Shown here piece by piece: positions 32,649 through 43,372 of a DNA stretch of 64,000 nucleotides. The translations under genes and the position numbers were made by a program. The notes beneath the pieces were generated by a model. The model made no database searches, had not been told where the DNA came from, and worked only from the letters and a program-made list of their open reading frames with translations. Source of the DNA: an uncultured Candidatus Actinomarina sp. (GTDB lineage Bacteria; Actinomycetota; Acidimicrobiia; Actinomarinales; Actinomarinaceae); the NCBI GenBank assembly GCA_902510055.1, contig CABWZY010000003.1, forward strand, positions 15,067 through 79,066, written 5' to 3'. The number at the start of each line of letters is the position of its first letter. The stretch's first letter is position 1.

Positions 32649-33392
32649 TTAAATTGTTAATGCAGTATCTAAAAGTTTATCGTCAATATCGAAATTTGAA
32701 TATACATTTTGTACATCGTCTAGTTCTTCTAAAGCCTCAATAAGCTTGCTAACATCTTTGAACATCTTTATGTCCAACATAACCGAACTATCAGGAATAT
32801 AAGCTACTTCAGAATTTGTAGAAATAAATTTATTTGTTTTAAATAATTCATCTATTTTTTTAAAATCGTTTGGTTCAAATTCTAAATTTAATGAATCATT
32901 TACTTCATTAATATCTAAACAGTTATTTTCTATTGCTAAATTTATCAAGTTATCATTAACTTCTTCAAATTGAAAAATAGCTTTACGGTTAAAGAGGTAA
33001 TTTACACTACCAGGGGTTCCTGTGCTTCCATTGTTTCTATTAAAAGCAGCTTTAACATCTGATGAAGTACGGTTTTTATTATCTGTTAAACATTCAACTA
33101 GTATGGCAACACCATGAGGTCCATATCCTTCATAGTGTACTTCTTGAAATTCTATTCCGTCACTATCACCGCTTAGTCTTTTTAATGCTCTTTCAATATT
33201 TTCATTAGGTACTGAATTTGATTTTGCTTTTGAAATTGCTTGATATAAAGAAGCATTATTAACAGGATCAGCCCCACCATTTCGCGCCGCTACCTCTATT
33301 CCTCTTATTAATTTTGCAAATAATTTACCTCTTTTGACATCATTGGCACCTTTTTTTCTTTTTATAGTTGACCATTTAGAGTGACCCGACAT
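32649..33392 (-). CDS. yebC: YebC/PmpR family transcriptional regulator
   Basis: 247 aa. MSGHSKW N-terminus typical of the family. Confidence 0.9.
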   Translation of the reverse strand: MSGHSKWSTIKRKKGANDVKRGKLFAKLIRGIEVAARNGGADPVNNASLYQAISKAKSNSVPNENIERALKRLSGDSDGIEFQEVHYEGYGPHGVAILVECLTDNKNRTSSDVKAAFNRNNGSTGTPGSVNYLFNRKAIFQFEEVNDNLINLAIENNCLDINEVNDSLNLEFEPNDFKKIDELFKTNKFISTNSEVAYIPDSSVMLDIKMFKDVSKLIEALEELDDVQNVYSNFDIDDKLLDTALTI

Positions 33393-33960
33393 TAGTACCT
33401 TCTTCTATAAAACTGGTTAGCCAATTTAAATAATTTTCATCATTAGTTAACTCAGGATGAAAAGTAAAACCAGTTATATTTTCTTGTCTTATACCGACTA
33501 ATTCTTCTTCAAGATATGCTATTTTGTGAATATTTTTCCCCGTTGAAATAATTCTTGGTGCTCTTATAAAACAATACATTTGTGTATTTTTATTAAAAGT
33601 TACTAAGCCTTCAAATGAATCATTCTGTCTTCCGTAAGCGTTTCTTTCGACTACACAATTTAATAAATTCAAAGAAACTTTGCCATCTAAAACATCTTTT
33701 GATAATAAAATTAAACCTGCGCAAGTACCTAAAGTTGGTATACCTTCGTTGATTTTATCTTGTAATTTTTTAAATAATTCTTCGTTTTCTTGGATTTTAA
33801 TCATTGAAGATGATTCTCCACCAGGAAGGATTAAAGAATCAATATTTTCTATGTCACTTGTATTCTTAATAAAAATGTATTCTTTACTAATTAATTCTAA
33901 GCTCTTAGAATGTTCACGAAAGTTACCTTGCAAAGCAAGTATTCCAGTAGGCATTACCAA
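33376..33960 (-). CDS. pdxT: pyridoxal 5'-phosphate synthase glutaminase subunit
   Basis: 194 aa. GTCAG catalytic Cys motif. Confidence 0.9.
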   Translation of the reverse strand: MVMPTGILALQGNFREHSKSLELISKEYIFIKNTSDIENIDSLILPGGESSSMIKIQENEELFKKLQDKINEGIPTLGTCAGLILLSKDVLDGKVSLNLLNCVVERNAYGRQNDSFEGLVTFNKNTQMYCFIRAPRIISTGKNIHKIAYLEEELVGIRQENITGFTFHPELTNDENYLNWLTSFIEEGTNVGSL

Positions 33961-34880
33961 CCTCTTTTAGCTAATTTCTCCGCTTCATCTAAGTCATCTA
34001 TGTTTATACCAACCATTGGTTCTCCTAGATTTTTAGAAACTTCAACTATTTTTGATGGATCATCATAGTTAGTTGTTGCTATAACAATTGCTTCAGCTCT
34101 TTCAGCAGGATCTCCACTTTTAAATATTCCAGACCCTACGAAAACTCCATCACAGCCTAATTGCATCATAAGAGCTGCATCTGCTGGTGTAGCTATTCCT
34201 CCTGCAGCAAAGTTAACTACAGGTAATTTTCCATTTTTCTTAATTTCTTTCAGTACTTCATATGGTGCTGAATACTCTTTTGCTAAGGACATTAATTGGT
34301 TCTTATCAGAAGAGATAATTCTGTTTATTCCATGAGTCATACTTCTCATATGTTTTACAGCTTCTATAATATTCCCTGTTCCGGCTTCTCCTTTAGTTCT
34401 TATCATCGCTGCGCCTTCACCAATTCTCCTACATGCTTCTCCAATATTTGTAGCTCCGTTAACAAATGGTGTTTTTATATCATGTTTATCAATATGATTT
34501 TTATCATCAGCAGGTGTTAGCACTTCACTTTCATCAATAAAATCTATACCTAATTCCTCTAACATTTGAGCTTCGACAAAATGCCCTATTCTTGATTTAG
34601 CCATTACTGGTATAGACACAGAAGACATTATTTGCTGGATCATTTCTACTGATGACATTCTTGCCACACCGCCTTCGGCACGTATATCAGCAGGAACTCT
34701 TTCTAATGCCATAACTGCTGCAGCACCTGCTTTTTCTGCAGTTAAAGCTTGTTCTGCGTTAACAACATCCATTATCACGCCACCTTTTAGCATCTCTGCT
34801 AAACCTTTTTTAATTTTAAATGTTGATTGTACTTTCATAGACTTAATATTAACTAGTAATGCGTATAGACAGAAATCCAT
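33954..34880 (-). CDS. pdxS: pyridoxal 5'-phosphate synthase lyase subunit
   Basis: 308 aa. Highly conserved PdxS/SNZ sequence. Confidence 0.95.
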   Translation of the reverse strand: MDFCLYALLVNIKSMKVQSTFKIKKGLAEMLKGGVIMDVVNAEQALTAEKAGAAAVMALERVPADIRAEGGVARMSSVEMIQQIMSSVSIPVMAKSRIGHFVEAQMLEELGIDFIDESEVLTPADDKNHIDKHDIKTPFVNGATNIGEACRRIGEGAAMIRTKGEAGTGNIIEAVKHMRSMTHGINRIISSDKNQLMSLAKEYSAPYEVLKEIKKNGKLPVVNFAAGGIATPADAALMMQLGCDGVFVGSGIFKSGDPAERAEAIVIATTNYDDPSKIVEVSKNLGEPMVGINIDDLDEAEKLAKRGW

Positions 34881-35839
34881 TTATTAATTAACTTATCAAT
34901 ATCATACTTTTTAATATGTTGATATTGTTTTACCCATTGATCCTTTAAATTATTATTAGTACAATAATTAATAGCTTTTTCCAACGATGTAATATCATTA
35001 TTTTTAAAATAGATTGCTGTATCATCCATAACTTCTTTAAAACAATCTAGATTAGAAGCAATAAGTAAATTTCCATTATTAACTGCTTCTATTGAGGATA
35101 TTCCAAAACTTTCGTTAGATTTATTCAGTGCTAAGTAATAAGCAGTATTAGTCATTATTTTGTGTTTCTGTTTCTCATCTAGATTTAATAAGTAATTTAC
35201 ATTCTTATTACTTCCTTTTTTATTCGTGATAGCTATAAAATTATATAAACCATTTAACATCTTATTATTTGATAATTTTTCAAATAATTTAATATTTTTT
35301 CGTCTTTCATTCCTGCCTACAAATAAAAGATTATAAGAATGTATAAAAGTTGCTTGTTGATTAATTCTTATAGCATTATTAATTACTAATGATTTCTTTG
35401 ATAATGTGTATGCATTTTTAAGAGCTTCTTTACTAACTGCTGTCGATACTATCTTTTGGTTAGTAAATAGGAATAGTAATTCTTGAATTATTAAGTAAAA
35501 CTTATTTAAAGATGCATGATGTGTAACTATAGTTTTTTTTGAGGTACTGTATCTCCACACGAATAAAGGAATAAATGGTTCGTGAATATGAATAATATCA
35601 GCCCATTTAATAGCTTCTTTAAGTATTTTTCTATTTGGAAATAAACTAATCGGGGCAATTGATTTATTAAATGGTAAATTTACAGTGAAGCCTAAATTAT
35701 AATTTTCTGCATTAGGAGCACATATTTTCGTATTGTAATTAAGAGAGTTTAGTTTATCAGATAATAGATTAATTTGATTCTGCACTCCACCATGTTTTTT
35801 CATGTCGTAAGCTGTAAGCAATAATATCTTAGTATTCAT
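34853..35839 (-). CDS. GT4 glycosyltransferase (PimA-like mannosyltransferase)
   Basis: 328 aa. GT-B fold with an EX7E-like C-terminal motif. Same position as Mtb pimA (Rv2610c). Confidence 0.6.
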   Translation of the reverse strand: MNTKILLLTAYDMKKHGGVQNQINLLSDKLNSLNYNTKICAPNAENYNLGFTVNLPFNKSIAPISLFPNRKILKEAIKWADIIHIHEPFIPLFVWRYSTSKKTIVTHHASLNKFYLIIQELLFLFTNQKIVSTAVSKEALKNAYTLSKKSLVINNAIRINQQATFIHSYNLLFVGRNERRKNIKLFEKLSNNKMLNGLYNFIAITNKKGSNKNVNYLLNLDEKQKHKIMTNTAYYLALNKSNESFGISSIEAVNNGNLLIASNLDCFKEVMDDTAIYFKNNDITSLEKAINYCTNNNLKDQWVKQYQHIKKYDIDKLINKWISVYTHY

Positions 35840-36692
35840 TTGACCATATAGGTTGAATAGAATGCCACTGATTAGGAGCTAAAGATATTAATTTTTCGAA
35901 AGACTTAGCTAAAGTTTTTAACCCCTGCTGTATGCTTGTTGATTCATTTTCAAATAGGGGAACATAAAATGGCTTTTCGAATATAAGACTATACTTTCCA
36001 TCAATTTTTAAAAATGCAGTAGGTACTATTGGTAACTGTGTTTTTAACGCTAAAGCTACTGGTCCTTTTGGAAAAGCAGCTAAATTACTAAAAAACTCAG
36101 TACCAACTCCTGTCTTGTTAATACTTCGTTCTGAAAGCAAGCATACATGTTTTCCATCTTCTAATTTTTGTATTATCTTTTCAAAAGTGTTTTGTCCTTT
36201 CCCTCCAATAACAATTTCACAACCTAAGTCTTCTCTTAATTCTTTAAACCAAGAAAGTAAATATTGATTTTTTAAAGGTTCAGCTACAGCTAGTAAGTCT
36301 AGATTTATATGATTCCCAACTGGTATTGCCATTTCCCAGTTACCGATATGAGGTAAAGCAAATATTGCTCCATTTTTTTTTATTGTTTTTATATAATCTT
36401 CGTTGACAATATTTACATTATCTAATATTTTTTTATTAAAGTTTGTTTTTGTTAACCAAAGTACTTCAATCCAATATTTGGCATAATTAATTTTTACTAA
36501 AATAGGGTTATATTTTTTATCTAATATTTTATTTAAAACTCTTGATCTTTTAAACAATTTAGTGGTATTTCTAGGGGAAATTAAAGAGTATATTAATCCA
36601 ATTGGATAACTTAAAAGGAGTAGGATATTTAAATTAATTCTCTTCATTAAATTATGTAAATTTTTAATTAATATGTACTGTAATTTTTTCAT
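35829..36692 (-). CDS. LpxL/HtrB-family lipid acyltransferase (PatA-like)
   Basis: 287 aa. H(I)GNWE acyltransferase motif. Same position as Mtb Rv2611c. Confidence 0.7.
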   Translation of the reverse strand: MKKLQYILIKNLHNLMKRINLNILLLLSYPIGLIYSLISPRNTTKLFKRSRVLNKILDKKYNPILVKINYAKYWIEVLWLTKTNFNKKILDNVNIVNEDYIKTIKKNGAIFALPHIGNWEMAIPVGNHINLDLLAVAEPLKNQYLLSWFKELREDLGCEIVIGGKGQNTFEKIIQKLEDGKHVCLLSERSINKTGVGTEFFSNLAAFPKGPVALALKTQLPIVPTAFLKIDGKYSLIFEKPFYVPLFENESTSIQQGLKTLAKSFEKLISLAPNQWHSIQPIWSNEY

Positions 36693-37261
36693 TCAATGCT
36701 CTTATAAAGTTTATAAAATCTTTGTAATACTGTAATCCAAGTTAAGCAAGCAAAAATGTAGACATAAATAAAAGAAAAATCATAATACATATATAAAACA
36801 GCAAAAATTACCCTCTCAGGTCTTGGTGTTATCCCGATTTTATTGTCAACTTTAAAATATTCACCCTTAGCCCTTAAGTACGGTATTAATCCTGATGCAG
36901 TAACTATTGAAATAACTGTGAAAAGTTCTAAATCTGTTTCTACATAGTTTATACAAATAACAGACCATATTATTAATTCACCAATTCTGTCAATTGTTGA
37001 ATCTAATATAGCTCCTTTTTTTGATTCTAAATTTAAAGTTCTAGCTAAAGGTCCATCCAATCCATCAATTGCACTTCCAAGAAATATAAAAATTACACCG
37101 TATAATGTATTTACTGTGAAAAAGAAATAGGAACCAACAAATATAATAAATAAACCAACTATTGATAAAAAGTTAGGCTTGATTTTTAAAATAACACATA
37201 TCTTTATAAATGGAATTGCAAATGTTTCTGAATAAGTTTTTAAATATTTTTCAAGCATCAA
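36689..37261 (-). CDS. CDP-alcohol phosphatidyltransferase (phosphatidylinositol synthase-like)
   Basis: 190 aa. DGxDGxxAR..G motif (DGLDGPLAR). Same position as Mtb pgsA1 (Rv2612c). Confidence 0.75.
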   Translation of the reverse strand: MMLEKYLKTYSETFAIPFIKICVILKIKPNFLSIVGLFIIFVGSYFFFTVNTLYGVIFIFLGSAIDGLDGPLARTLNLESKKGAILDSTIDRIGELIIWSVICINYVETDLELFTVISIVTASGLIPYLRAKGEYFKVDNKIGITPRPERVIFAVLYMYYDFSFIYVYIFACLTWITVLQRFYKLYKSIE

Positions 37262-37742
37262 CTACTTCTTCTGTATAAACATCAGAAATAATTGCTTTAG
37301 TAAAAGCATCAAATTCAATTATTGATTTTTCTTTAGGTGGATTGTTGTGGTCATAAACAATTACAGTCCAAATTGGTTTTAATATTTTTGGTGGCAAATT
37401 AAAATTAAAAGTAAGCGCTATAGAATAATATCCAATAGAGTGAGGTATATATTTACCTATATATTCAATAATCTCTTTTTGTTCTATTATTTTATTATTT
37501 TCGATAAACTTTATAAATAAAGATAACATAAGCAACAATACGGACGCCGGATATAAATTAATCCATGTATTCAAATATGTTATTATGAATGAAATAACAG
37601 ACAAGGTAATAAATATATAAAAATAACGGCTTCGAATTACAGGGTTCGGAATTTCATAACTTCCAACTGCAAGAGAATTTAGGTCATCTGGTACTAATTC
37701 TTTCTCAGCAGCATCAAGTTCAATATTTATACCATCTTTCAT
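37251..37742 (-). CDS. membrane protein (two TM helices plus a ~90-aa soluble domain; bacterial PH-like?)
   Basis: 163 aa. Overlaps both neighbours by 1-10 nt. Confidence 0.4.
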   Translation of the reverse strand: MKDGINIELDAAEKELVPDDLNSLAVGSYEIPNPVIRSRYFYIFITLSVISFIITYLNTWINLYPASVLLLMLSLFIKFIENNKIIEQKEIIEYIGKYIPHSIGYYSIALTFNFNLPPKILKPIWTVIVYDHNNPPKEKSIIEFDAFTKAIISDVYTEEVVDA

Positions 37743-39673
37743 CAGAGTTTAAATACTGGTTCTTTTAATATATTTTTTATTGATTTCATACCCTCACTGA
37801 TTTCAATATCTTTAGTTTCGATACCATCAATGTAGTTAATTGCTATTGTTTTATTTTTAGCATCATTTTCACCGATAATTAGAGTTATAGGAATTTTTGA
37901 CTTTTTAGAATCATGAATTTTTTCTCCTAACCTTATATTTCTATCATCAATATTTATCCTGTAATTACTTAATTTTTTAGAAATTGTCTTTAGATAATCT
38001 TCTACATTTCCAATTGTTAATATGTTTATTTGAGTAGGAGCAAGCCAACCAGGGAAAAATCCAGCATAATGTTCAGTAAGAATCCCTGTAAATCTTTCAA
38101 TAGATCCTAGAAGAGCTCGATGAATCATTACAGGTGTAACTTTTTTATTATCAGAATTTATATATTCTAACGAGAAATTATCTGGTTGAGCAAAATCAAT
38201 TTGAATTGTTGTTAGTTGCCATCTTCTACCAATTGCATCTTTTACGTGTAAGTCAATTTTAGGTCCATAAAAAGCTCCTTCACCATGTGCAATCTTATAA
38301 GAAATTTTTTGTACGTTTAATGCATCCTCTAAACTTTGAGTAGCAATTTCCCAATCTTTATCTTCACCTATTGAGTCTTCTGGTCTAGTTGACAAATCTG
38401 CTTCAATATTTTCAAAACCAAAACAATTAAGAAGTTTTATTGAGAATGTTAATAAATTTAATATTTCATTGTTTAAATCTTCAGTAGTTGTAAATATATG
38501 TGCGTCGTCTTGTGTAAACCCTCTAGCTCTTAATAGACCATGAAGGACCCCTGTTTTTTCCATTCTATATACTGACCCAAGCTCGAAATATCTTATAGGT
38601 AATTCTCTATAAGATCTTATATCATTTTTATATACAAGAATATGAAAAGGACAGTTCATAGGTTTTAAATAATATTCATCATCTGCATTGTTATCTTTTA
38701 ATGCTGGATACATGCCCTCCTTATAGTGAGATAGATGTCCTGATGTTTCCCATAATATTGACCTACCTATATGTGGAGTGTTAACAAAATCATAACCATT
38801 TTTAATATGAGCTTTTTTACTAAAAGATTCTATTTCATTTCTAAGAATTGCTCCGTTTGGTTGCCATAAAAATTGACCTGGACCTAACTCATCGGCAGTA
38901 GTGAATAATTTTAATTCCTTACCTATTTTTCTATGGTCTCTTTTTTCAGCCTCTTCTTGACGTGTAAGATATTTGTTTAAATCATCTTTCGTAAACCAAG
39001 ATGTTCCATAAATTCTTTGCAATTGCGGATTTGTTTCTTTACCTCTCCAATAAGCTCCAGCAACTTTTGTTAATTTAAAATGTTTGAGATATCCAGTATT
39101 AGGAATATGTGGACCTTTACATAAATCTTTAAATTTATCATTTTTATAAATGGATACTTCATTATTGGCAACTCCCTCTTCTTTATCAGCAGTATTTATT
39201 AACTCTTTCTTAAATTTTTGATCTTTAAAAAGTTCTGTTGCTTTTTCAGTACTTGTATATTCTTTTATAAATGTTTGTTTTTTACTAATAATATTATTCA
39301 TTTCATTTTCAATGCTTGATAAATCATCTTCGCTTATATTGTTTTCGAATAAGAAATCATAATAGAATCCATCTTCAATTGCTGGTCCTACTCCATACTG
39401 TGTATTTGGATATATATTAATCACAGCTTGAGCAAGAATATGAGCTGATGAATGTCTTAAGATTTCTAAAGCAGTTTGATCTTTTAGTGTAAATATTTTA
39501 CATTTAACGTCACTAGATATTGTCTGGTGAAGATCTGTCAGTATTCCATCAATTTCAATACAGATTGCATCTTTTGCTAAGTTTCTTCCTATATCTGAAG
39601 CAAGTTCATAACCAGTAATTTCTTTTTCATATGTTCTTACTGATTTATCAGGAAGTGTAATTCTTATACTCAT
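37742..39673 (-). CDS. thrS: threonine--tRNA ligase
   Basis: 643 aa. TGS and N2 editing domains, class II core and anticodon-binding domain. Confidence 0.95.
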   Translation of the reverse strand: MSIRITLPDKSVRTYEKEITGYELASDIGRNLAKDAICIEIDGILTDLHQTISSDVKCKIFTLKDQTALEILRHSSAHILAQAVINIYPNTQYGVGPAIEDGFYYDFLFENNISEDDLSSIENEMNNIISKKQTFIKEYTSTEKATELFKDQKFKKELINTADKEEGVANNEVSIYKNDKFKDLCKGPHIPNTGYLKHFKLTKVAGAYWRGKETNPQLQRIYGTSWFTKDDLNKYLTRQEEAEKRDHRKIGKELKLFTTADELGPGQFLWQPNGAILRNEIESFSKKAHIKNGYDFVNTPHIGRSILWETSGHLSHYKEGMYPALKDNNADDEYYLKPMNCPFHILVYKNDIRSYRELPIRYFELGSVYRMEKTGVLHGLLRARGFTQDDAHIFTTTEDLNNEILNLLTFSIKLLNCFGFENIEADLSTRPEDSIGEDKDWEIATQSLEDALNVQKISYKIAHGEGAFYGPKIDLHVKDAIGRRWQLTTIQIDFAQPDNFSLEYINSDNKKVTPVMIHRALLGSIERFTGILTEHYAGFFPGWLAPTQINILTIGNVEDYLKTISKKLSNYRINIDDRNIRLGEKIHDSKKSKIPITLIIGENDAKNKTIAINYIDGIETKDIEISEGMKSIKNILKEPVFKL

Positions 39674-39748
39674 TTACTTAATATTAATGACAATTCTTAT
39701 CTATTTTTATAGTAAGAGAAATTGTAAATATTATGTTTTAATTAGTAC

Positions 39749-40315
39749 ATGAGAAAAAATATAAATATCATATTAAATGGTAAATATATAGACGTTAAGT
39801 TTAATAATGAGCTAAAAAATCATAATATTTTAATGAGATTTGAAATTGTTAACCCATATCAGATGAAATGTGTATCTTTAAAGATAGTAAATACAAAAGA
39901 TTATGAAATTTCATCAACAGATATAAGAACGATAAATATACATACTCTCATTAAAAAAGCTTTAAAAACTATACATTCATTTAAAAAACTAGATAGAAAA
40001 GAATTTAATAAAAAAACTAAAGGTTATTTACATGATAATTTAGATTATAAAATAATTGTTAAAGACATTAAAAATAGAAATATTAAAGATAGGAATACCT
40101 TTCTTTCTTTATATTCTTATATTTATCAGCATGAATCTCGTAACTACGGAGATAATGTTTCTAATAGATTATCTATTTTATTAGATTACTCAGAAGGTTA
40201 TGTAAAAAATATAACTAAAGAAGCGTTCAATAAGAACTATATAAATAAAAATAATAAAGGAGTAGCTGGAGGACTGCTTTCTACAAAATCATTGAAAATA
40301 CTTAATTCTCTTTAA
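39749..40315 (+). CDS. hypothetical Lys/Asn-rich protein (possible C-terminal HTH)
   Basis: 188 aa. No recognisable family. Divergent from thrS. Confidence 0.35.
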   Translation: MRKNINIILNGKYIDVKFNNELKNHNILMRFEIVNPYQMKCVSLKIVNTKDYEISSTDIRTINIHTLIKKALKTIHSFKKLDRKEFNKKTKGYLHDNLDYKIIVKDIKNRNIKDRNTFLSLYSYIYQHESRNYGDNVSNRLSILLDYSEGYVKNITKEAFNKNYINKNNKGVAGGLLSTKSLKILNSL

Positions 40316-40937
40316 TTTCAATACTTTCAATCACAACATCACTAACAGGCCTGTCACCTTCTGCTGTTTCAACTGAAGCTATCTTATCAACAATATCTAA
40401 TCCATCTGTAACTTTTCCAAATATTGTATATTGATACGGTAGTGGATAATCTACATGCATAATAAAAAATTGACTCCCATTAGTATTAGGTCCAGCATTA
40501 GCCATAGCTAAGATTCCTTTTTCATAAGGTTGCTTATTATTTAATTCATCATCAAATTTATAACCAGGATATTTTCCCATTTCACCATGTCCGGTACCAC
40601 TTGGGTCCCCGCCTTGAATCATAAAACCATTAATGACACGGTGGAAGATTACGTCGTTATAGTATCCATCTTTTGATAAATTTATAAAATTATTAACAGT
40701 CATAGGTGCATCGTTTGTAAAAAATTCAACGGTTATATCTCCCATATTTGTTTGCATTACAGCTGTATATTTTTTATTTAAATCAATATTCATTTCTGGT
40801 ACTGATATATATACTTTATCTTCATTCATCTCTGTCTCCATTTCTATATTTTCTATTTCTAAATTATTATTAACAACTTCTTCTTGAGCTGAGCAACTTA
40901 TAAATAAAATTATTATTAGATATAAATATTTTTTCAT
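40302..40937 (-). CDS. cyclophilin-type peptidyl-prolyl cis-trans isomerase, lipoprotein
   Basis: 211 aa. Lipobox LFISC. Cyclophilin core FHRVINGFMIQGGDP. Confidence 0.9.
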   Translation of the reverse strand: MKKYLYLIIILFISCSAQEEVVNNNLEIENIEMETEMNEDKVYISVPEMNIDLNKKYTAVMQTNMGDITVEFFTNDAPMTVNNFINLSKDGYYNDVIFHRVINGFMIQGGDPSGTGHGEMGKYPGYKFDDELNNKQPYEKGILAMANAGPNTNGSQFFIMHVDYPLPYQYTIFGKVTDGLDIVDKIASVETAEGDRPVSDVVIESIEIKEN

Positions 40938-40939
40938 AT

Positions 40940-41059
40940 TTAACTACCTGATGAGCCCATAAATATGTTAGGTACATATTCTCCGTAATTCTGTTCATCG
41001 TCATAGTTGCCACTACACGATACTATTAGAATAAGTACAATAAATAATTTAAGGATCAT
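40940..41059 (-). CDS. small putative lipoprotein (39 aa), missing from the ORF track
   Basis: MILKLFIVLILIVSCSGNYDDEQNYGEYVPNIFMGSSGS. Lipobox IVSC. Its ATG overlaps the thioesterase TGA stop (ATGA). Its stop is 2 nt before the cyclophilin ATG. Confidence 0.35.
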   Translation of the reverse strand: MILKLFIVLILIVSCSGNYDDEQNYGEYVPNIFMGSSGS

Positions 41060-41466
41060 TTATTTCCTAGATTAGTCATTCTCACAGTTGATTTAGCACA
41101 TAATTTATCGTTATTGAATATTTCCGCTTCCCATAGTTGAGATCTTTTTCCTAGTTTAATTGGTTTGGCTTTAAGTATTAAGGTGCCTTTAGTAGCACTA
41201 GCAATAAAATCTGTATTATTGTTTACACCAGCCCAAATTGATTTTTGATTTATTGACGCTCCATAAGAGATAGCAGATTCTGCCATTGCAGAGTAAACAC
41301 CACCATGTACTAAACCAAATGGTTGCAAGTGTGATTCGTTAATTTCTAATTTTGTTTCAACATAGTTTTCTTCTAATTGAACTAACTTGTGCCCAATTAA
41401 ACCATCAAATGTGTCATTAGGAAATTCCATACCTTCAATTATTTTTACATATTTATCTGTACTCAT
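41056..41466 (-). CDS. PaaI/hotdog-fold thioesterase
   Basis: 136 aa. GLVHGGV..A.AE motif. Confidence 0.75.
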   Translation of the reverse strand: MSTDKYVKIIEGMEFPNDTFDGLIGHKLVQLEENYVETKLEINESHLQPFGLVHGGVYSAMAESAISYGASINQKSIWAGVNNNTDFIASATKGTLILKAKPIKLGKRSQLWEAEIFNNDKLCAKSTVRMTNLGNK

Positions 41467-42028
41467 AAAAAACCTTTTCTAACTTTTTTTCACCATTTCC
41501 TAATAAAAACCACCATATACCAACAAATAATGTAACTAAAGTTATTAATACTAGAAAAAATAAGTAAATAACATCATATTTTATGATAATTAGCTCTCTT
41601 AGAGCAAAAATATATGTAAATATTCCAAAAAATGTAATAAATAACGTTACAAAACCAAACCATGTAAAATCACTACCTAACTTAGCTACTACTATTTTTC
41701 TATCTTGTATCGGAAATAAATAAGAATTTTCTAATTTATGGGCAATTAATACGTCATTTCCATAAATTTTATTTATTTTTTCCTCTAAAAATTGGCTGTA
41801 ATTACGTGTAAATATTAAATAATGCGCGTGAAAAGATAACAACACGGAACCAAATAAAGATATAAATGGAATTATTAGAATTGCATTCATATTAGTGCGA
41901 CTTAAGTAAAAAAATATAACTGTAAAAAAGAAGAGCAATCGTACATCTAATAGGAATTGCTTATGATAAAAATTATTCATTTGTCTCATTCGAGTTAATT
42001 GACTATTTAAAATATTTATTTCGTCCAT
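41453..42028 (-). CDS. polytopic membrane protein
   Basis: 191 aa, about 4 TM helices. Confidence 0.4.
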   Translation of the reverse strand: MDEINILNSQLTRMRQMNNFYHKQFLLDVRLLFFFTVIFFYLSRTNMNAILIIPFISLFGSVLLSFHAHYLIFTRNYSQFLEEKINKIYGNDVLIAHKLENSYLFPIQDRKIVVAKLGSDFTWFGFVTLFITFFGIFTYIFALRELIIIKYDVIYLFFLVLITLVTLFVGIWWFLLGNGEKKLEKVFYEYR

Positions 42029-42418
42029 TTGTTAAAGTTTATATTGGTTATGTTTAAATCAAAATATATAATATTTATTGTATTGATATTTATTTTTATA
42101 TCAGTTATAAATATATTTTCTATAGTGTATGTAGAATACAGTTCAGTCTCTCTAGTTAAATTTAAAGAACATAGAATTGAGTGTGGTCAGTTAATAGATA
42201 TTATTACAGATAAAATTGACTACTCTGAAAATCCAACATTAAGTATGAATAGAAACACGTGCATGAATATTGCTATAGTTACATTATTAAGCTCAGTTTC
42301 ATCAATATTATTTCTATCATTATTTTTATATTTATTAATAAAATATATTAAAAATCGAAAAGATTTTGAAGACCTCTCAGATTTAATTCAAATATTAAAA
42401 AATCGAAACTATAGATAA
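42029..42418 (+). CDS. small membrane protein (start probably downstream at MFKSKY)
   Basis: 129 aa. Two hydrophobic segments. Confidence 0.3.
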   Translation: MLKFILVMFKSKYIIFIVLIFIFISVINIFSIVYVEYSSVSLVKFKEHRIECGQLIDIITDKIDYSENPTLSMNRNTCMNIAIVTLLSSVSSILFLSLFLYLLIKYIKNRKDFEDLSDLIQILKNRNYR

Positions 42419-42430
42419 TATAATTTATAT

Positions 42431-43372
42431 ATGAAAATTGGAGCATTCATTCCACAAGGTTGGAGAATGGATTTAAATAATCTTGAACCTCATGAACAGT
42501 GGAATAATATTTTAGATTCTGCAAATAAAATAGAGAAGTATGGTTTCGAATCTCTTTGGGTTTACGACCATTTTCATACTGTTCCCTCTCCAACATTACA
42601 GCCTACTTATGAATGCTGGTCCTTAATGGCTGCGTTATCTCAATCCACAAAAACAATTAGATTAGGTCAAATGTGTACTTGTAATTCTTATCGAAATCCA
42701 GCATATCTTACTAAGGTAGCTTCAAATATAGATGTTATGTCAAATGGAAGACTTGATTTTGCAATTGGCGCTGGTTGGTATGACCAAGAATATACTGCTT
42801 ATGGTTATGACTACCCTACTGATGGTGAAAGATTAAAAATGCTTGAAGAGGCTCTATTAATATACATTGAAATGACAACTAAAGATGTAGCTACATTTAA
42901 CGGAAATTATTATAAAATTAATAAAGCAATAAACGAACCTAAGCCCATACAAAAACCATATCCTCCACTTTGGGTCTGTGGTGGTGGAGAAAAAGTAACT
43001 TTAAAATTATTAGCTAAATATGGTGATTATGGAAACTGGGATGTTGATCACGAAGGTTTTAAACATAAATCTGAAATTTTAGAAAAACATTGTGTAGAGG
43101 TTAATCGTGATTTTAATGAAATCGGAAGAACATTACACACAAATGTAATTATTGGTGAAAATAAAAATGATTTAAATTCTAAAATACAAAAAATCTCAAA
43201 TGAAACATCAATACCTGAATCTTATTTTATAAAGAGACCATTAGTTGGTACTAAAGATAAAGTTTTTGAAAGTTTAGATAAATTTGAAGATTTAGGTTGT
43301 GAGTATTTAATAGCTTATGTTGCTGATATAACTTGGGGCAACTCGCTTGAAATTTTAAAAGAAAGGTTGTAA
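42431..43372 (+). CDS. LLM-class flavin/F420-dependent oxidoreductase (luciferase-like)
   Basis: 313 aa. MKIGAFIPQGW.. N-terminus and LLM fold blocks. Confidence 0.8.
   Translation: MKIGAFIPQGWRMDLNNLEPHEQWNNILDSANKIEKYGFESLWVYDHFHTVPSPTLQPTYECWSLMAALSQSTKTIRLGQMCTCNSYRNPAYLTKVASNIDVMSNGRLDFAIGAGWYDQEYTAYGYDYPTDGERLKMLEEALLIYIEMTTKDVATFNGNYYKINKAINEPKPIQKPYPPLWVCGGGEKVTLKLLAKYGDYGNWDVDHEGFKHKSEILEKHCVEVNRDFNEIGRTLHTNVIIGENKNDLNSKIQKISNETSIPESYFIKRPLVGTKDKVFESLDKFEDLGCEYLIAYVADITWGNSLEILKERL

Noticed and set aside
40944-40960. CUGAUGAG hammerhead-ribozyme core motif on the plus strand
   Set aside because: There is no GAAA/stem II-III context. The region is better explained as coding sequence for the small lipoprotein ORF on the opposite strand.
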